From IMG/VR virus record IMGVR_UViG_3300009285_000027: a stretch of DNA of 41,634 nt; one strand, 5' to 3'. Shown in pieces: positions 1 to 8,991 of the stretch. The notes beneath the pieces are model-generated. The model worked only from the letters and a program-made list of their open reading frames with translations. It was not told where the DNA came from and did no database searches. The translations under genes and the position numbers were made by a program. Every line of letters starts with the position of its first letter. Within the stretch, counting starts at the first letter, position 1. The stretch is from a virus.

Positions 1-77
1 TGCCCCCGGCCCGTGCGAGCCGGGGGCGGTAACGCAAGTTCAGGCGCTAACGGACGTGCGCAACATTTTTGTAATTG
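1..77. repeat. Contig-end direct redundancy (1-77 identical to 41558-41634)
   Basis: Read directly: tgcccccggcccgtgcgagccggggg...caacatttttgtaattg is present at both ends. This implies a circular or circularly permuted molecule of 41,557 unique bp. An exact short overlap looks like assembly closure rather than a physical terminal repeat. Confidence 0.95.
2..27 (-). terminator. GC-rich hairpin downstream of CDS 47..700, no U-tract
   Basis: 9-bp perfect stem gcccccggc / gccgggggc with an 8-nt loop, about 20 nt after the TAG stop of the minus-strand CDS. No T-run on either strand, so terminator function is uncertain. Confidence 0.35.
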
Positions 78-700
78 CGCTTTTCGCCGCTTTGGGTGGT
101 GTATTCTTTTCCGTTCTGCCAGTAGACTCGGCAGGGGAGGGAGAATTCACCGGCCACGCGGACATCATGACTGGTGACGTGCTTCATCAGCCCAGCCGCG
201 GCCTCTACAGTCCATTTATTGACTTTCAACTCGGCGTAGTCGTTGTGGGGTTTCTTGCGTTCATTGCCGTAGAACTCGATATTGACCTTGTTGTCGGGTT
301 GGGGCAGGATGCGGACAAATACAGCATCGTAGACGTTCCACGCTTCCCCGTTGGGTGCGGGAGGTACTGCATCGGCCTGAGCTTGCAGTTTGGCGGCTAA
401 TGGTTTATTTCCCTCTTCGAGCGCGATCTGTGCGGGCTTGTCGGGCTGAGGTGCGGGCGCAGCGGGTGCGAGGTTCTTTGACGGGGGTTTTCCGCCTTGT
501 TCGGCAATGGCAAGACGTGTCTCTGCGATGACTTTCATCACAGACGAAACGGAATATCCGCGAATGGTGAGAAGGTGTTCGTACCCATCCGAGTCGATCC
601 ATTTCAGTGTGTCGGATACGGGCGCTTCTGGAAAGCTGGAAAAATATTCGCGCGCGGTTTGTGGCTTGGGTTCCTGTACAATTACTTTTGGTTCTGACAT
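47..700 (-). CDS. Hypothetical early protein, two globular halves joined by an A/P/Q-rich linker
   Basis: ORF track 47..811. The internal ATG at 700 is preceded by AAGGAGA (rc of 705-711). No family recognised. Confidence 0.7.
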   Translation of the reverse strand: MSEPKVIVQEPKPQTAREYFSSFPEAPVSDTLKWIDSDGYEHLLTIRGYSVSSVMKVIAETRLAIAEQGGKPPSKNLAPAAPAPQPDKPAQIALEEGNKPLAAKLQAQADAVPPAPNGEAWNVYDAVFVRILPQPDNKVNIEFYGNERKKPHNDYAELKVNKWTVEAAAGLMKHVTSHDVRVAGEFSLPCRVYWQNGKEYTTQSGEKRNYKNVAHVR

Positions 701-794
701 TGTTTCTCCTTGTGCTCCTGATGACCGTCGGAGCGTGCGTTTGTTTTGCCGCGTAATCGGGCGCGGTTTCCGTGTCTGCGGGCCGGGCAGGGGG

Positions 795-1046
795 TTAGCG
801 GGTGCCTCCAAGTTTTGATTTCAATTTTCCGATCATGGATTCTTGCGGATAAATCAAGGGCCACGGCGTTGTTTCGACGTTGTAAATATCATGACACGCA
901 TCGCAACGTTCGCAATAATCGGGTGAGTGATAATCGTCTGGCATGTACGCAGATGAGTAATGCCTGACAATGCAGCCTATCAAGTTACATATCAGTCGCG
1001 CCCATTGATGCTTGAAGCCAAACCAAAGCTCATCCAGGCCTATCAT
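795..1046 (-). CDS. Hypothetical Cys/His-rich small protein
   Basis: ORF 795..1091. The ATG at 1046 is preceded by GGAAGGAGA and overlaps the upstream stop (ATGA). Contains a CERCDACH motif. Confidence 0.6.
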   Translation of the reverse strand: MIGLDELWFGFKHQWARLICNLIGCIVRHYSSAYMPDDYHSPDYCERCDACHDIYNVETTPWPLIYPQESMIGKLKSKLGGTR

Positions 1047-1399
1047 AGCGGTCTGTCTCCTTCCCGCGTTGTGATGGTCTCCGTCTGCCACTGTGCGATG
1101 TCGCGCTGTTCGTCGGTCTCAAGCGACTGGATGAGCGCGTCCACCTCCGCGCGCTCTTCGGGCGTGCCCAAGTACTTGTCGAGTTCAATGGGCCATTTGA
1201 GCGCCATCAGTTTGCGGTGCCAGTCGCGTGCGAATTTGACATGATGGGTGGCCCATTCCGGGCGACTGGATTTGTACGAGCGTGCGAGATGTATTTCGTT
1301 GGCACGGCAGCGACGGAGCAGCCTGATCTCGGCTTCGCGTCCGAGTTCAACGCGTGGCGCTTCGATCTCTCTGAGTGCGGCGGAGCGGGAGATGGTCAT
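1043..1399 (-). CDS. Hypothetical early protein
   Basis: 118-aa ORF with 4-nt ATGA overlaps to both neighbours (translational coupling). Confidence 0.65.
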   Translation of the reverse strand: MTISRSAALREIEAPRVELGREAEIRLLRRCRANEIHLARSYKSSRPEWATHHVKFARDWHRKLMALKWPIELDKYLGTPEERAEVDALIQSLETDEQRDIAQWQTETITTREGDRPL

Positions 1400-1704
1400 T
1401 CGAGCACCTCCAGCTCTTGCGCAGTTTCGGTGATCTTTTCGTCGTCACGGATGAAGAAATGACGGCAGATTCCAAACGATTTTTCTTCATAACTGTAAAC
1501 AGTCACAAGTGCGTAGTGATATTTTTCTCCCACATTCAGCAGGTGGGCAACGCGTTTCAGACTGGCTTGAGTTACGTGCTTAAAGATAACGCTGTCTTTG
1601 TTTTTCCTGCCAAAACGAACAGACGAGTCGTTTTCAAGTGTGACTGACTTCACGTCCACCACGCTCATTTTCCATCCGTCTGTTGGGTAGAGTAAGTGTC
1701 TCAT
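1396..1704 (-). CDS. Hypothetical early protein
   Basis: 102-aa ORF with GAGAGGAAAC upstream of the ATG at 1704 and ATGA overlaps on both sides. Confidence 0.65.
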   Translation of the reverse strand: MRHLLYPTDGWKMSVVDVKSVTLENDSSVRFGRKNKDSVIFKHVTQASLKRVAHLLNVGEKYHYALVTVYSYEEKSFGICRHFFIRDDEKITETAQELEVLE

Positions 1705-1892
1705 TGTTTCCTCTCGATCTTTTCGTCCAGTTTTGCGAACACACCCTTCGGCTTCTCGATCTCGCAGGACTGGATGGTCAGGTACGGTTGCGTTTTCGCC
1801 TTCTGCATAGCCTCTGCGCGGCTCTTGGCGGGCAGGATCATCGAAAACTGCCGTTCGTCGCGCGTGTCGGTCAGGGTCACAATGTAGTTCAT
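1701..1892 (-). CDS. Hypothetical small early protein
   Basis: 63-aa ORF, coupled by 4-nt overlaps within the same operon. Confidence 0.55.
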   Translation of the reverse strand: MNYIVTLTDTRDERQFSMILPAKSRAEAMQKAKTQPYLTIQSCEIEKPKGVFAKLDEKIERKQ

Positions 1893-2161
1893 TTCACGCC
1901 TACCTGTGCGAGCGCGGCGCGGGCGATCCGTTTTACTGCTGCGGATTTACCAAACGGGCCATTGGCGATTTCTTCCAATGCCTGCGTCAGAGTGGCGATG
2001 GTGGCCTTATCGTCGCTATCGTCGATCTCAAACGTGGTCATTTTCCATTCCTGTTTTTTGCTTACGGGCGCTTCACGTCCCCCAACTGGGCATTGATCGG
2101 TCGAGTAGTGATGGAGGCCGCGTTCGCCTCCGCAGTTCCTGCATTTATCCAATGTGTTCAT
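1889..2161 (-). CDS. Hypothetical protein with N-terminal zinc-ribbon-like CxxC...C motif
   Basis: 90-aa ORF containing CRNCGG...HHYSTDQC, with ATGA overlaps. Confidence 0.6.
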   Translation of the reverse strand: MNTLDKCRNCGGERGLHHYSTDQCPVGGREAPVSKKQEWKMTTFEIDDSDDKATIATLTQALEEIANGPFGKSAAVKRIARAALAQVGVK

Positions 2162-2376
2162 TTCGTTTCCTTTCTGCTGTTCGCTGCCCGCTGCGGGGCG
2201 GGCAGCATCAGTTCTTCGAGCGTCATATTCCCCCAGATGTAATCAGCGGCCGCGCCTTTTTCGCCTACGATGTATTCGGCGCATGAGGCGTACAGAGCCA
2301 CTGCTGCGAGCATGGCGCGGGCGTGCTTGCGCAGATATTCCAAGTCTCTGATTTGTTCGGGGGTGAGTGTGTTCAT
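2158..2376 (-). CDS. First gene of the leftward operon, hypothetical
   Basis: ORF 2158..2382 starts on GTG. The ATG at 2376 lies 6 nt downstream of a TAAAAT -10 box, so a leaderless start at 2376 is preferred. Confidence 0.55.
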   Translation of the reverse strand: MNTLTPEQIRDLEYLRKHARAMLAAVALYASCAEYIVGEKGAAADYIWGNMTLEELMLPAPQRAANSRKETK

Positions 2377-2382
2377 AGACAC

Positions 2383-2388
2383 ATTTTA
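2383..2388 (-). promoter_or_regulatory. Candidate -10 box (TAAAAT) of the leftward early promoter
   Basis: The minus strand reads CCGTTGTAAAATGTGTCTATG, placing the -10 hexamer exactly 6 nt before the ATG. No Shine-Dalgarno sequence. The -35 is poor (TGTTTC). Confidence 0.35.
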
Positions 2389-2411
2389 CAACGGTAGGGG
2401 GCGGAGAAACA

Positions 2412-2449
2412 TTGTCGTTTCATAACAAATTTATGCTACCTTGTCGTTT
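2412..2449. repeat. Direct repeat ttgtcgttt x2 (2412-2420, 2441-2449) in the divergent control region
   Basis: Two exact 9-mers 29 bp apart between the divergent promoters. Possible operator half-sites. Confidence 0.3.
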
Positions 2450-2466
2450 TCGGAAATGGCCGCCTG

Positions 2467-2495
2467 CCTGCCGCCGGTCCTAAGCTGGCGGCAGG
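2467..2495. promoter_or_regulatory. GC-rich inverted repeat in the control region
   Basis: cctgccgcc (2467-2475) pairs with ggcggcagg (2487-2495), a perfect 9-bp stem. It could be an operator palindrome or an insulating hairpin. Confidence 0.3.
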
Positions 2496-2536
2496 TCCGC
2501 GTCCCGCGCGCAGCGTCTGCCGCAGGTGGGCAACGG

Positions 2537-2545
2537 TGGTAAAAT
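2537..2545 (+). promoter_or_regulatory. Candidate extended -10 (TGgTAAAAT) of the rightward promoter
   Basis: TG at 2537-2538 and TAAAAT at 2540-2545. The ATG at 2552 is 6 nt downstream with no SD sequence, mirroring the leftward promoter. Confidence 0.4.
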
Positions 2546-2551
2546 GACGAC

Positions 2552-2773
2552 ATGAAAATCATCGCAATAGACGCTGAAACAGGCGAGCGCATAGAAATCA
2601 CCGACCTGTATTGGTTCGAGGAGCAGGGCGTGCATGATTTGATGGGGGAGGCGTTTTACGATAGGTACACGTTTGAGTTTGAGATCGAGCGCGATGACGT
2701 TCTGCTTCCATCTGCGGCGGCAGTGGAAAAGATCATACCTGCTGAGAGCGCATACGGGAGGCGCGATGAATAA
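2552..2773 (+). CDS. Hypothetical acidic small protein, first rightward gene
   Basis: 73-aa ORF whose stop overlaps the next start. Confidence 0.55.
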   Translation: MKIIAIDAETGERIEITDLYWFEEQGVHDLMGEAFYDRYTFEFEIERDDVLLPSAAAVEKIIPAESAYGRRDE

Positions 2774-3089
2774 ACGCAAAACTGACCTCGGTGATTTGTA
2801 TCTGCTTATCGCTTATGCGTCTCTCGTGTTCGGCTTTGCAATCCAGGCGTTTCCCGCGTCCGCCGCAGGCGCACCATCGCCCGCGCAACTCGGCCCCGCG
2901 CGCGTTTCTGCAAGCGTGGCAGAACTGCGGAGCCACAGGGGAACCATCGTGCTGTATCTGTTTGCGGGCGACGAATTGACGATCCTGGAGCGCGGCGCAC
3001 CGTTCGAGCGTGCAGGCTGTTCCGAGTGGGTGCTTGTTGACCTTGTTCCGCGCGATGGGTGGATGTGCGCGGACGCGCTGAGCAGGTAG
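2766..3089 (+). CDS. Hypothetical membrane-anchored or secreted protein
   Basis: ORF 2673..3089. The ATG at 2766 is preceded by GGGAGG. An N-terminal hydrophobic segment (LYLLIAYASLVFGFAIQAF) is followed by a small beta-rich, possibly SH3-like, domain. Confidence 0.6.
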   Translation: MNKRKTDLGDLYLLIAYASLVFGFAIQAFPASAAGAPSPAQLGPARVSASVAELRSHRGTIVLYLFAGDELTILERGAPFERAGCSEWVLVDLVPRDGWMCADALSR

Positions 3090-3098
3090 GGAGGCGGG

Positions 3099-3353
3099 AT
3101 GAGCAAGGCGGGCGTGGTTATAAAGTTCCAAGCGCAGGTGTGGGCGATCAAAACAATGGTGGATGGAGGCGTAAACGTTACACTGTCTCTGTCAGACAAA
3201 AACATAAAGCAAATATCGCAGTTGCTTGAATGCAAAAAAGCAAACGGTCTGCTTGAGGTGGCTGCGGTTGTAGTCAAGCCCGAAGCAAAGATTATTTCCC
3301 AAAATGGCACAAGAAAACGAAAACAACGGTACCCCTATCGAACTAACGCTTGA
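3099..3353 (+). CDS. Hypothetical protein
   Basis: 84-aa ORF with GGGAGG 5 nt upstream of the ATG. Its 3' end overlaps the terS start by 50 nt. Confidence 0.5.
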   Translation: MSKAGVVIKFQAQVWAIKTMVDGGVNVTLSLSDKNIKQISQLLECKKANGLLEVAAVVVKPEAKIISQNGTRKRKQRYPYRTNA

Positions 3354-3966
3354 CGAGTTGGCTTTCGTAAACGCGTACTTTGAGTGCAACATGAACGGCA
3401 CGCGCGCTTATATGAAGCTGCACCCAAAAGTAACGTATGAATCGGCTAAGGCTACGGCGTCCGTTGTTTTAACAAATCTTAACGTGAGGGCAGAAGTAAA
3501 GCGGCGTTTGAACGAAGGCGCTATGTCGGTAGAGGAGGCATTATATCGAGTTGGCGTAATGGCGCGCGCCGAACTGATGCCGTTTATTCGAGTTGATGAT
3601 GACGGCTTTACCTACTTCAACTTTTCCGACCCTGATGCACAGGAATATATGTGGCTCATCAAGGAAATGGAAACGAAACGGGAGAGGCGGATAGAAGGTC
3701 AGGGGAAAGGCGCGGAGGAATGGGAGGGCGAATGGGTGCGGGTGAAATTGGTTGATGCACAGGCCGCGCTCCGCGACATTCTCAAGATGCACGGTAAATT
3801 CGTCGACAAGGTCGCGCTGACCGACCCCAGCGGGACGAAGCAGTATGAGCCAAAGGTAGACGATGAAAGATTTGATAGAGCAGTATCTACTCTCGCTAAT
3901 GCCCTCGGAGAAATCATATCTGGAACGAGTGCAAAACAGGACGGCAAGATGGATACCCCAAAGTAA
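3304..3966 (+). CDS. terS: Terminase small subunit
   Basis: N-terminal HTH region LTLDELAFVNAYF..NGTRAYMKL...SAKATASVVLTNLNVRAEV matches the Terminase_2-type small-subunit pattern. It lies immediately upstream of terL. Confidence 0.78.
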   Translation: MAQENENNGTPIELTLDELAFVNAYFECNMNGTRAYMKLHPKVTYESAKATASVVLTNLNVRAEVKRRLNEGAMSVEEALYRVGVMARAELMPFIRVDDDGFTYFNFSDPDAQEYMWLIKEMETKRERRIEGQGKGAEEWEGEWVRVKLVDAQAALRDILKMHGKFVDKVALTDPSGTKQYEPKVDDERFDRAVSTLANALGEIISGTSAKQDGKMDTPK

Positions 3967-5350
3967 ACCGCAATGGTTGGCCTTCCTTTCGCGGGCCGAT
4001 GAGATATTCTATGGAGGCGCAGCCGGTGGAGGCAAATCGGATTTACTTTTAGGACTGGCAGGAGAGGCCCATCAACGTTCCATTATCTTTCGGCGTGTAT
4101 TTCCGAACCTGCGCTTTTTAGTTGAGAGATCGCGAGCAATATACAATGCCGAAGGCAAGGAACATGGCAAGGATAGTTATAACGAGAGCCTCCACATTTG
4201 GAGATTGGCAAACGGCGACATGATCGAATTCGCAGCTATGCAATACGAGCAGGATAAAAGCAATTTCCAGGGGCGTCCTCATGATTTCATCGGCGTGGAT
4301 GAAGCCCCTGAATTTATAGAGAGTCAAATCTTATTTGTATCAGCGTGGAATAGGTCAGAAGATCCAAATCAGCGAGTGAGATTGGTACTTACCGGTAATC
4401 CCCCGATTGACGAATCGGGAACGTGGATAGTTAGGCGCTATGCGGCATGGCTGGATAAGACACACCCACACCCGGCGAAGCCATGTGAGTTGCGCTGGTA
4501 CGCGACAATAGATGGCAAAGAGCAAGAGATAGCGGACGGCAAGGCGTTTGAACACAAAGGCGAAACGATTTACCCGCGCTCGCGTACGTTCATCCCGGCG
4601 AAACTGGACGATAACCCGTTCTATTCTGCGGATGGTCGTTATAAATCTGTGCTGCAATCTCTGCCCGAACCGCTGCGCTCACAATTGCTTAATGGCGACT
4701 TTGACGCCGCGAACATGCCTGACCCGTTCCAGATCATCCCTACCGATTGGGTACGGCAGGCACAAAAGCGATGGACCGAAAGAGAGCGACCGAACACTCC
4801 ACTAACCGCAGTAGGGATTGACCCGTCACGCGGCGGGCAGGATAAGACCGGCATAGCGAAGCGTTACGACAATTGGTTTGATGAGGTTGTGTCTTATCCC
4901 GGCGTGGTGGCTAAGGATGGCCCAATTGTGGCAGAGCTATCACGGCAAGCAATAGGCGACGAAAAACCCGCTTATATCAATGTGGATGTAAACGGTATTG
5001 GTTCATCGGTCTACGATCACCTGAAAGTAATGTACGAGAACGTTAGACCATTCAACGGCGCGGAAGGGTCTGAGTACAGAGACCGAAGCGGCAAGCTGAA
5101 AATGAGAAACAAGCGGGCTGAAATGTATTGGCGAATGAGGGACGCGCTCGACCCTGAAAACGGTGACGACATAGCCCTCCCGCCTGATACCGAATTACTG
5201 GCCGATTTATGCTCCGCAAGATATGAAGTCTCAAGCGCGGGCGTGAAGGTTGAAGATAAGGAAGAAATCAAAGAGAGAATCGGGCGTAGTCCAGATGTAG
5301 GCGAGGCGGTAATGATGGCTTTGTCTACTGGTACCTGGTGGATGAGCTGA
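3863..5350 (+). CDS. terL: Terminase large subunit (ATPase + nuclease)
   Basis: Contains Walker A GGAAGGGKSD and Walker B-like DFIGVDEA. Size and position are typical. The start is uncertain: ATG 3863 or GVG-type alternatives (ATG 3899, GTG 3929), all overlapping terS in another frame. Confidence 0.9.
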   Translation: MKDLIEQYLLSLMPSEKSYLERVQNRTARWIPQSKPQWLAFLSRADEIFYGGAAGGGKSDLLLGLAGEAHQRSIIFRRVFPNLRFLVERSRAIYNAEGKEHGKDSYNESLHIWRLANGDMIEFAAMQYEQDKSNFQGRPHDFIGVDEAPEFIESQILFVSAWNRSEDPNQRVRLVLTGNPPIDESGTWIVRRYAAWLDKTHPHPAKPCELRWYATIDGKEQEIADGKAFEHKGETIYPRSRTFIPAKLDDNPFYSADGRYKSVLQSLPEPLRSQLLNGDFDAANMPDPFQIIPTDWVRQAQKRWTERERPNTPLTAVGIDPSRGGQDKTGIAKRYDNWFDEVVSYPGVVAKDGPIVAELSRQAIGDEKPAYINVDVNGIGSSVYDHLKVMYENVRPFNGAEGSEYRDRSGKLKMRNKRAEMYWRMRDALDPENGDDIALPPDTELLADLCSARYEVSSAGVKVEDKEEIKERIGRSPDVGEAVMMALSTGTWWMS

Positions 5351-5357
5351 GGTAAAC

Positions 5358-6863
5358 ATGGCAAATAAAATCATTATGACAGACGGCACGCGGACAGAGA
5401 CATTGTTTCGCGTCAAGGGAATAAACCCGTACACCGACGAAACGCCTGGGGTGTGGTCGCCTGACCCTGTAGACGCGGCGAAGCAGGCCAAAAGCACAAG
5501 GCTTGTCCCGTCTGTGTTCTCGGGCGTGGCTGCACGTATGCAGGCAATGGCCGATTTGCCATTCACGATCTACGCGGTGAAGGGCGACAAGGTTTTAGAC
5601 AGTTCGGATAATTACAAAAACGTTGTTGGGTTTTTGCCGAATCCTGTGAGGTTCTTCGGCCTGACCGAAGCGGCGCTAGTCACCAACGGTAAGGCGTATT
5701 GGTTCAAGGGTAAGGGGGAAAAGACGGGCAATGTCAAGCAATTGCAGTACTGGATACCGTCATCCGTGACGTTGGATGCAGAGAAGGCAAAGCGGGGCAT
5801 TATCCTGTATCGTCGGCAGGGCGTGGAGCTTGCAAATAACGAATTTGCAGACGAGCAGGTATTGCGCTTCTGGCTGGACGACGAGAGCGTGGAACTCGGC
5901 CCGCCGACAATCTGGCCGCTTGAGTCTGCTTTGATTGCAGCAGAAGCCAACGGAGCAATTAGCGCATGGGTCAGGGACTATATGAAACGCGGGGCGATCA
6001 AGGCCATGCTGTTGGCAGTAGACGGTATGCCTCCTCAGGCCGAAGTCGAGAAAATGGAGAACTGGTTTAACAAGTTCATGACCGGGGCGCGGGGATTAGT
6101 CTGGAAAGTGTTCAACGCGGAAAACGTCAAGCCGACAATTGTAGGCGACGGGTTGGAAAGTCTCAAGGATTTATCAGTCAATAAGGATTTACGCTATTCC
6201 GTGCACGAGGCACTGGGCACGCGTCATTTACTGGAAGATGAGAACTACGCCACCGCACAGGCGCGAGAGAGACAGTTCTACACACAGACGATCATGCCCG
6301 ACGCAAGACTCATGCAAAACAATCTCAATGAGCAGATATTACATGAGGCTGGATACCATCTGCAATTCGAGCCTGAGAGATTGGAAACCTTTCAGGTGGA
6401 TGAGGCAGAACGGGCGACCAGCTTGTCACAGTTATTCGGTGTGTTCAAAGAGGCACTCGCCGCACCCCAGGCGCTCACCCTCTCTATGGAGATTCTAGGG
6501 TATGACGTATCGAAGGAACACCAAAAGATTATTGCTGAGGGGTTAGCAAAAAAGGAAGAAGAGAAAGCGGAACTAGCTAAGCAGATGGAAAAGCAGCCAA
6601 TTCCCCCAGATGGACCAGATGGACAAAAGCCACCTCCGCCGAACAAGGCATTGATTGAATTGGATAGGTGGGAGGCGAAAGTCACTAAAGCCGGGAAGAT
6701 GGTTACGTGGCACGCGGTAGACATCCCGGCCACAGTCGCAAAGGCGATCACTGACGGCAAAATGACATTTGCAGAAGCGCGGGCCAATCTGGCCCCCGAA
6801 AACAAAAGCGAAGCCCTCGCGGTAATCGACGTAATCCGCGCGGCGTTATCACAAGGAGATTGA
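5358..6863 (+). CDS. Portal protein
   Basis: 501 aa, immediately after terL, GAGG RBS, acidic/Pro-rich C-terminal tail. Assignment is by position and size. Confidence 0.8.
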   Translation: MANKIIMTDGTRTETLFRVKGINPYTDETPGVWSPDPVDAAKQAKSTRLVPSVFSGVAARMQAMADLPFTIYAVKGDKVLDSSDNYKNVVGFLPNPVRFFGLTEAALVTNGKAYWFKGKGEKTGNVKQLQYWIPSSVTLDAEKAKRGIILYRRQGVELANNEFADEQVLRFWLDDESVELGPPTIWPLESALIAAEANGAISAWVRDYMKRGAIKAMLLAVDGMPPQAEVEKMENWFNKFMTGARGLVWKVFNAENVKPTIVGDGLESLKDLSVNKDLRYSVHEALGTRHLLEDENYATAQARERQFYTQTIMPDARLMQNNLNEQILHEAGYHLQFEPERLETFQVDEAERATSLSQLFGVFKEALAAPQALTLSMEILGYDVSKEHQKIIAEGLAKKEEEKAELAKQMEKQPIPPDGPDGQKPPPPNKALIELDRWEAKVTKAGKMVTWHAVDIPATVAKAITDGKMTFAEARANLAPENKSEALAVIDVIRAALSQGD

Positions 6864-6866
6864 AAA

Positions 6867-7157
6867 ATGGCTATTCAACGTTCAGGACAAATTACGGTGA
6901 CAACTGCGGGAACAGAGGTGCAGGGATCTGATATTCCAGCATATACGAAACATCAGACTGGAGGTTTCTTGATCCGTGCGCTATCGACTAACACCGGAAA
7001 AATGTATGTTGGAAACGACGGGAATGGGGCGGTGTCTAGTACCACCGGATACGAATTAAGTGCGGGTGATGTCATTTTCGTGCCATGCGAAAACCTGAAT
7101 GAGCTTTGGGTTGACTCATCGGTCAATGGCGAAAAGGTTTGTTGGATTCGGGTGTGA
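6867..7157 (+). CDS. Hypothetical beta-rich small protein
   Basis: 96-aa ORF with AAGGAGA RBS, in the head module. Confidence 0.55.
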   Translation: MAIQRSGQITVTTAGTEVQGSDIPAYTKHQTGGFLIRALSTNTGKMYVGNDGNGAVSSTTGYELSAGDVIFVPCENLNELWVDSSVNGEKVCWIRV

Positions 7158-7852
7158 CAGTGAGTCTCCACGCCGCGCTTGCAAAAGCGTTTGATTACGT
7201 CATCCGTCAGGGTGAGGATGTACCGCCTGATATATGGTCTAAGGCGATCCGTGCGGGCGTGTTCAAGGCGGAGGCGGACGACTTGGCGAAAATCAACGCA
7301 GCCTATCACGACGCGATTACCGAGGCGCTATTGGAGTATTTGGAGGGCGGCGGCTCTGTCGCAGCGCCTAAAAATATGTTCAGGCGCGCCACACTGACGG
7401 CGTTTGGTGACGCGTTCGATCTGGGCTGGCTGGACGGCGGCGGCGAGTTACCGTTGGACCCCGATGCACTGGACTGGATTGAGTCCCGTATCCAACAGGA
7501 ATTCGGTTATATCGAGATGGTTTTCCAGCAGGCGAAGGAGTTGCGCGGCTCAGATGAATTCGAGCCGTTGACATGGGCGTCTGAAAGAGCCGATGCCTAT
7601 ACAAACACGCTAAGAGAAGTATTTAACAACGCCCGCCTGCGTGCCATGAAGGATCAGTCTGTTACGTTCTCGGGAACCGATGGCGAGAAATCATGCAATA
7701 CTTGCAAGAAGCTAAAAGGGAAGCGGCATAAAATTAGCTGGTTCGTAAAGCGTGACTATGTTCCCCCTCACGGTGGCGGGTTGGAATGCGCCAAAGGCGG
7801 TCTATGTCAGCATTATTTGGAAACTGACGAAGGTGAACAGGTAACGATATAG
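7139..7852 (+). CDS. Head morphogenesis protein (Mu F / SPP1 gp7-like), C-terminal Cys cluster
   Basis: TTG start per the ORF track. Positioned after portal. C-terminal CNTCKK...HGGGLECAKGGLCQH is typical of this family. Confidence 0.6.
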   Translation: MLDSGVTVSLHAALAKAFDYVIRQGEDVPPDIWSKAIRAGVFKAEADDLAKINAAYHDAITEALLEYLEGGGSVAAPKNMFRRATLTAFGDAFDLGWLDGGGELPLDPDALDWIESRIQQEFGYIEMVFQQAKELRGSDEFEPLTWASERADAYTNTLREVFNNARLRAMKDQSVTFSGTDGEKSCNTCKKLKGKRHKISWFVKRDYVPPHGGGLECAKGGLCQHYLETDEGEQVTI

Positions 7853-7864
7853 AAAGGTTTGGAA

Positions 7865-8722
7865 ATGCGCCTCGGACAAAACCCCAACAAAAACACTGTC
7901 GTCCAGCCGCGCGCCCGCGTTGTGGTGCTTGTGATTACCCACCTGCCAAGCGTGGAAGGGTATCACGCGGGGCGGTTTGATGTAGTCAAGCGTTCGTTTG
8001 AAACGCTGATAACAAACATGGGCGGACTGGATCATCAATTGATTGTTTGGGACAACGGCTCATCTGATTTGCTTATAGAGTGGCTGGTTAAGCACGGCAT
8101 ACATAAATTTGTTTTGTCGGAAAATGTTGGAAAAACAAACGCGCTAAAATCCATCATGCGTATGCTTCCACCTGATACCATTCTTGCATACGGCGACGAT
8201 GATATAGAGTATTTCCCCAACTGGCTCGCGCCGCAAATTGAGATACTGGAAACATACCCCAACGTTGGCGTGGTGACAGGTTGGCCGGTTAGAATAGCGT
8301 CAAAGTGGGGGGAGAAAAGCGTTGAAAAATTATTTGGGGATGCATGGGGCAAGCCTAAGGTACAAATCAATTCACCTTTCGGAAATTGGCTAATTGAAAC
8401 GGGCCGCTTTATCCCTGACGAATGGGAGCGCGACTATTGCGAGAGCGTGGGCAGGAACTATACCGAATACGCCATGTCAACCAATCTATTGGCAGACACG
8501 CGCATTACCTACAAAGGCATTCAAACCTACGCCACATCCCAGCATTGTCAGTTTGTGTGCTACCCGTCGCGCGTGGAGCGAATGATACAATGGACGGATA
8601 AAGCAATGGCGCCTGAAATAGATTTCGACAAAGCGGTAGACGCGGCGGGCTTGCTGAGGCTCTCGACCGTCGAGAGGTACGCGAGGCACATGGGGAACGT
8701 GCTAGAGAGAGGCAAAACGTGA
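7865..8722 (+). CDS. Family-2-like glycosyltransferase
   Basis: N-terminal beta-strand VVVLVITH, then VWDNGSSD and a GDDDIEY (DxD) motif. The ATG at 7865 is preceded by GAAAGG. Confidence 0.68.
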   Translation: MRLGQNPNKNTVVQPRARVVVLVITHLPSVEGYHAGRFDVVKRSFETLITNMGGLDHQLIVWDNGSSDLLIEWLVKHGIHKFVLSENVGKTNALKSIMRMLPPDTILAYGDDDIEYFPNWLAPQIEILETYPNVGVVTGWPVRIASKWGEKSVEKLFGDAWGKPKVQINSPFGNWLIETGRFIPDEWERDYCESVGRNYTEYAMSTNLLADTRITYKGIQTYATSQHCQFVCYPSRVERMIQWTDKAMAPEIDFDKAVDAAGLLRLSTVERYARHMGNVLERGKT

Positions 8723-8991
8723 CGAGCAAATATTATATAAATCTGGCGCACAAAAACGAACAACAAGAATGGAGTTATGACCATTATTGTCTTGAGTGGA
8801 CCACTAAGCCGCCAGAGGTTGCAGGATTATATAGAGTAAAAAATATACGCGGAGAAATTTTTTGGATGGAGATTTTGTCTGAAAAAGGCATAATCAGTTT
8901 TGAGGGCATGGAAGGAGAAATAAAACCGCTCCCCAAAAATTGGTATACCCATTGGTTTGGGCCTGTCCCAACACCTGAAGAGCCCAAATGA
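8719..8991 (+). CDS. Hypothetical protein
   Basis: 90-aa ORF with a GTG start overlapping the upstream stop (GTGA). Confidence 0.5.
   Translation: MTSKYYINLAHKNEQQEWSYDHYCLEWTTKPPEVAGLYRVKNIRGEIFWMEILSEKGIISFEGMEGEIKPLPKNWYTHWFGPVPTPEEPK

Noticed and set aside
1-77. The 77-bp repeat as a physical direct terminal repeat of the virion DNA.
   Set aside because: An exact, short overlap only at the contig ends is what assemblers leave on circular contigs. Nothing in the sequence (no cos-like or pac-like signal that I can recognise) supports real termini here.
2733-3310. Minus-strand ORFs 2733..3131 and 2813..3310 (132 and 165 aa).
   Set aside because: They are antisense to RBS-supported plus-strand genes. 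Their composition is Arg/Ala/Ser-rich and they have no translational signals.
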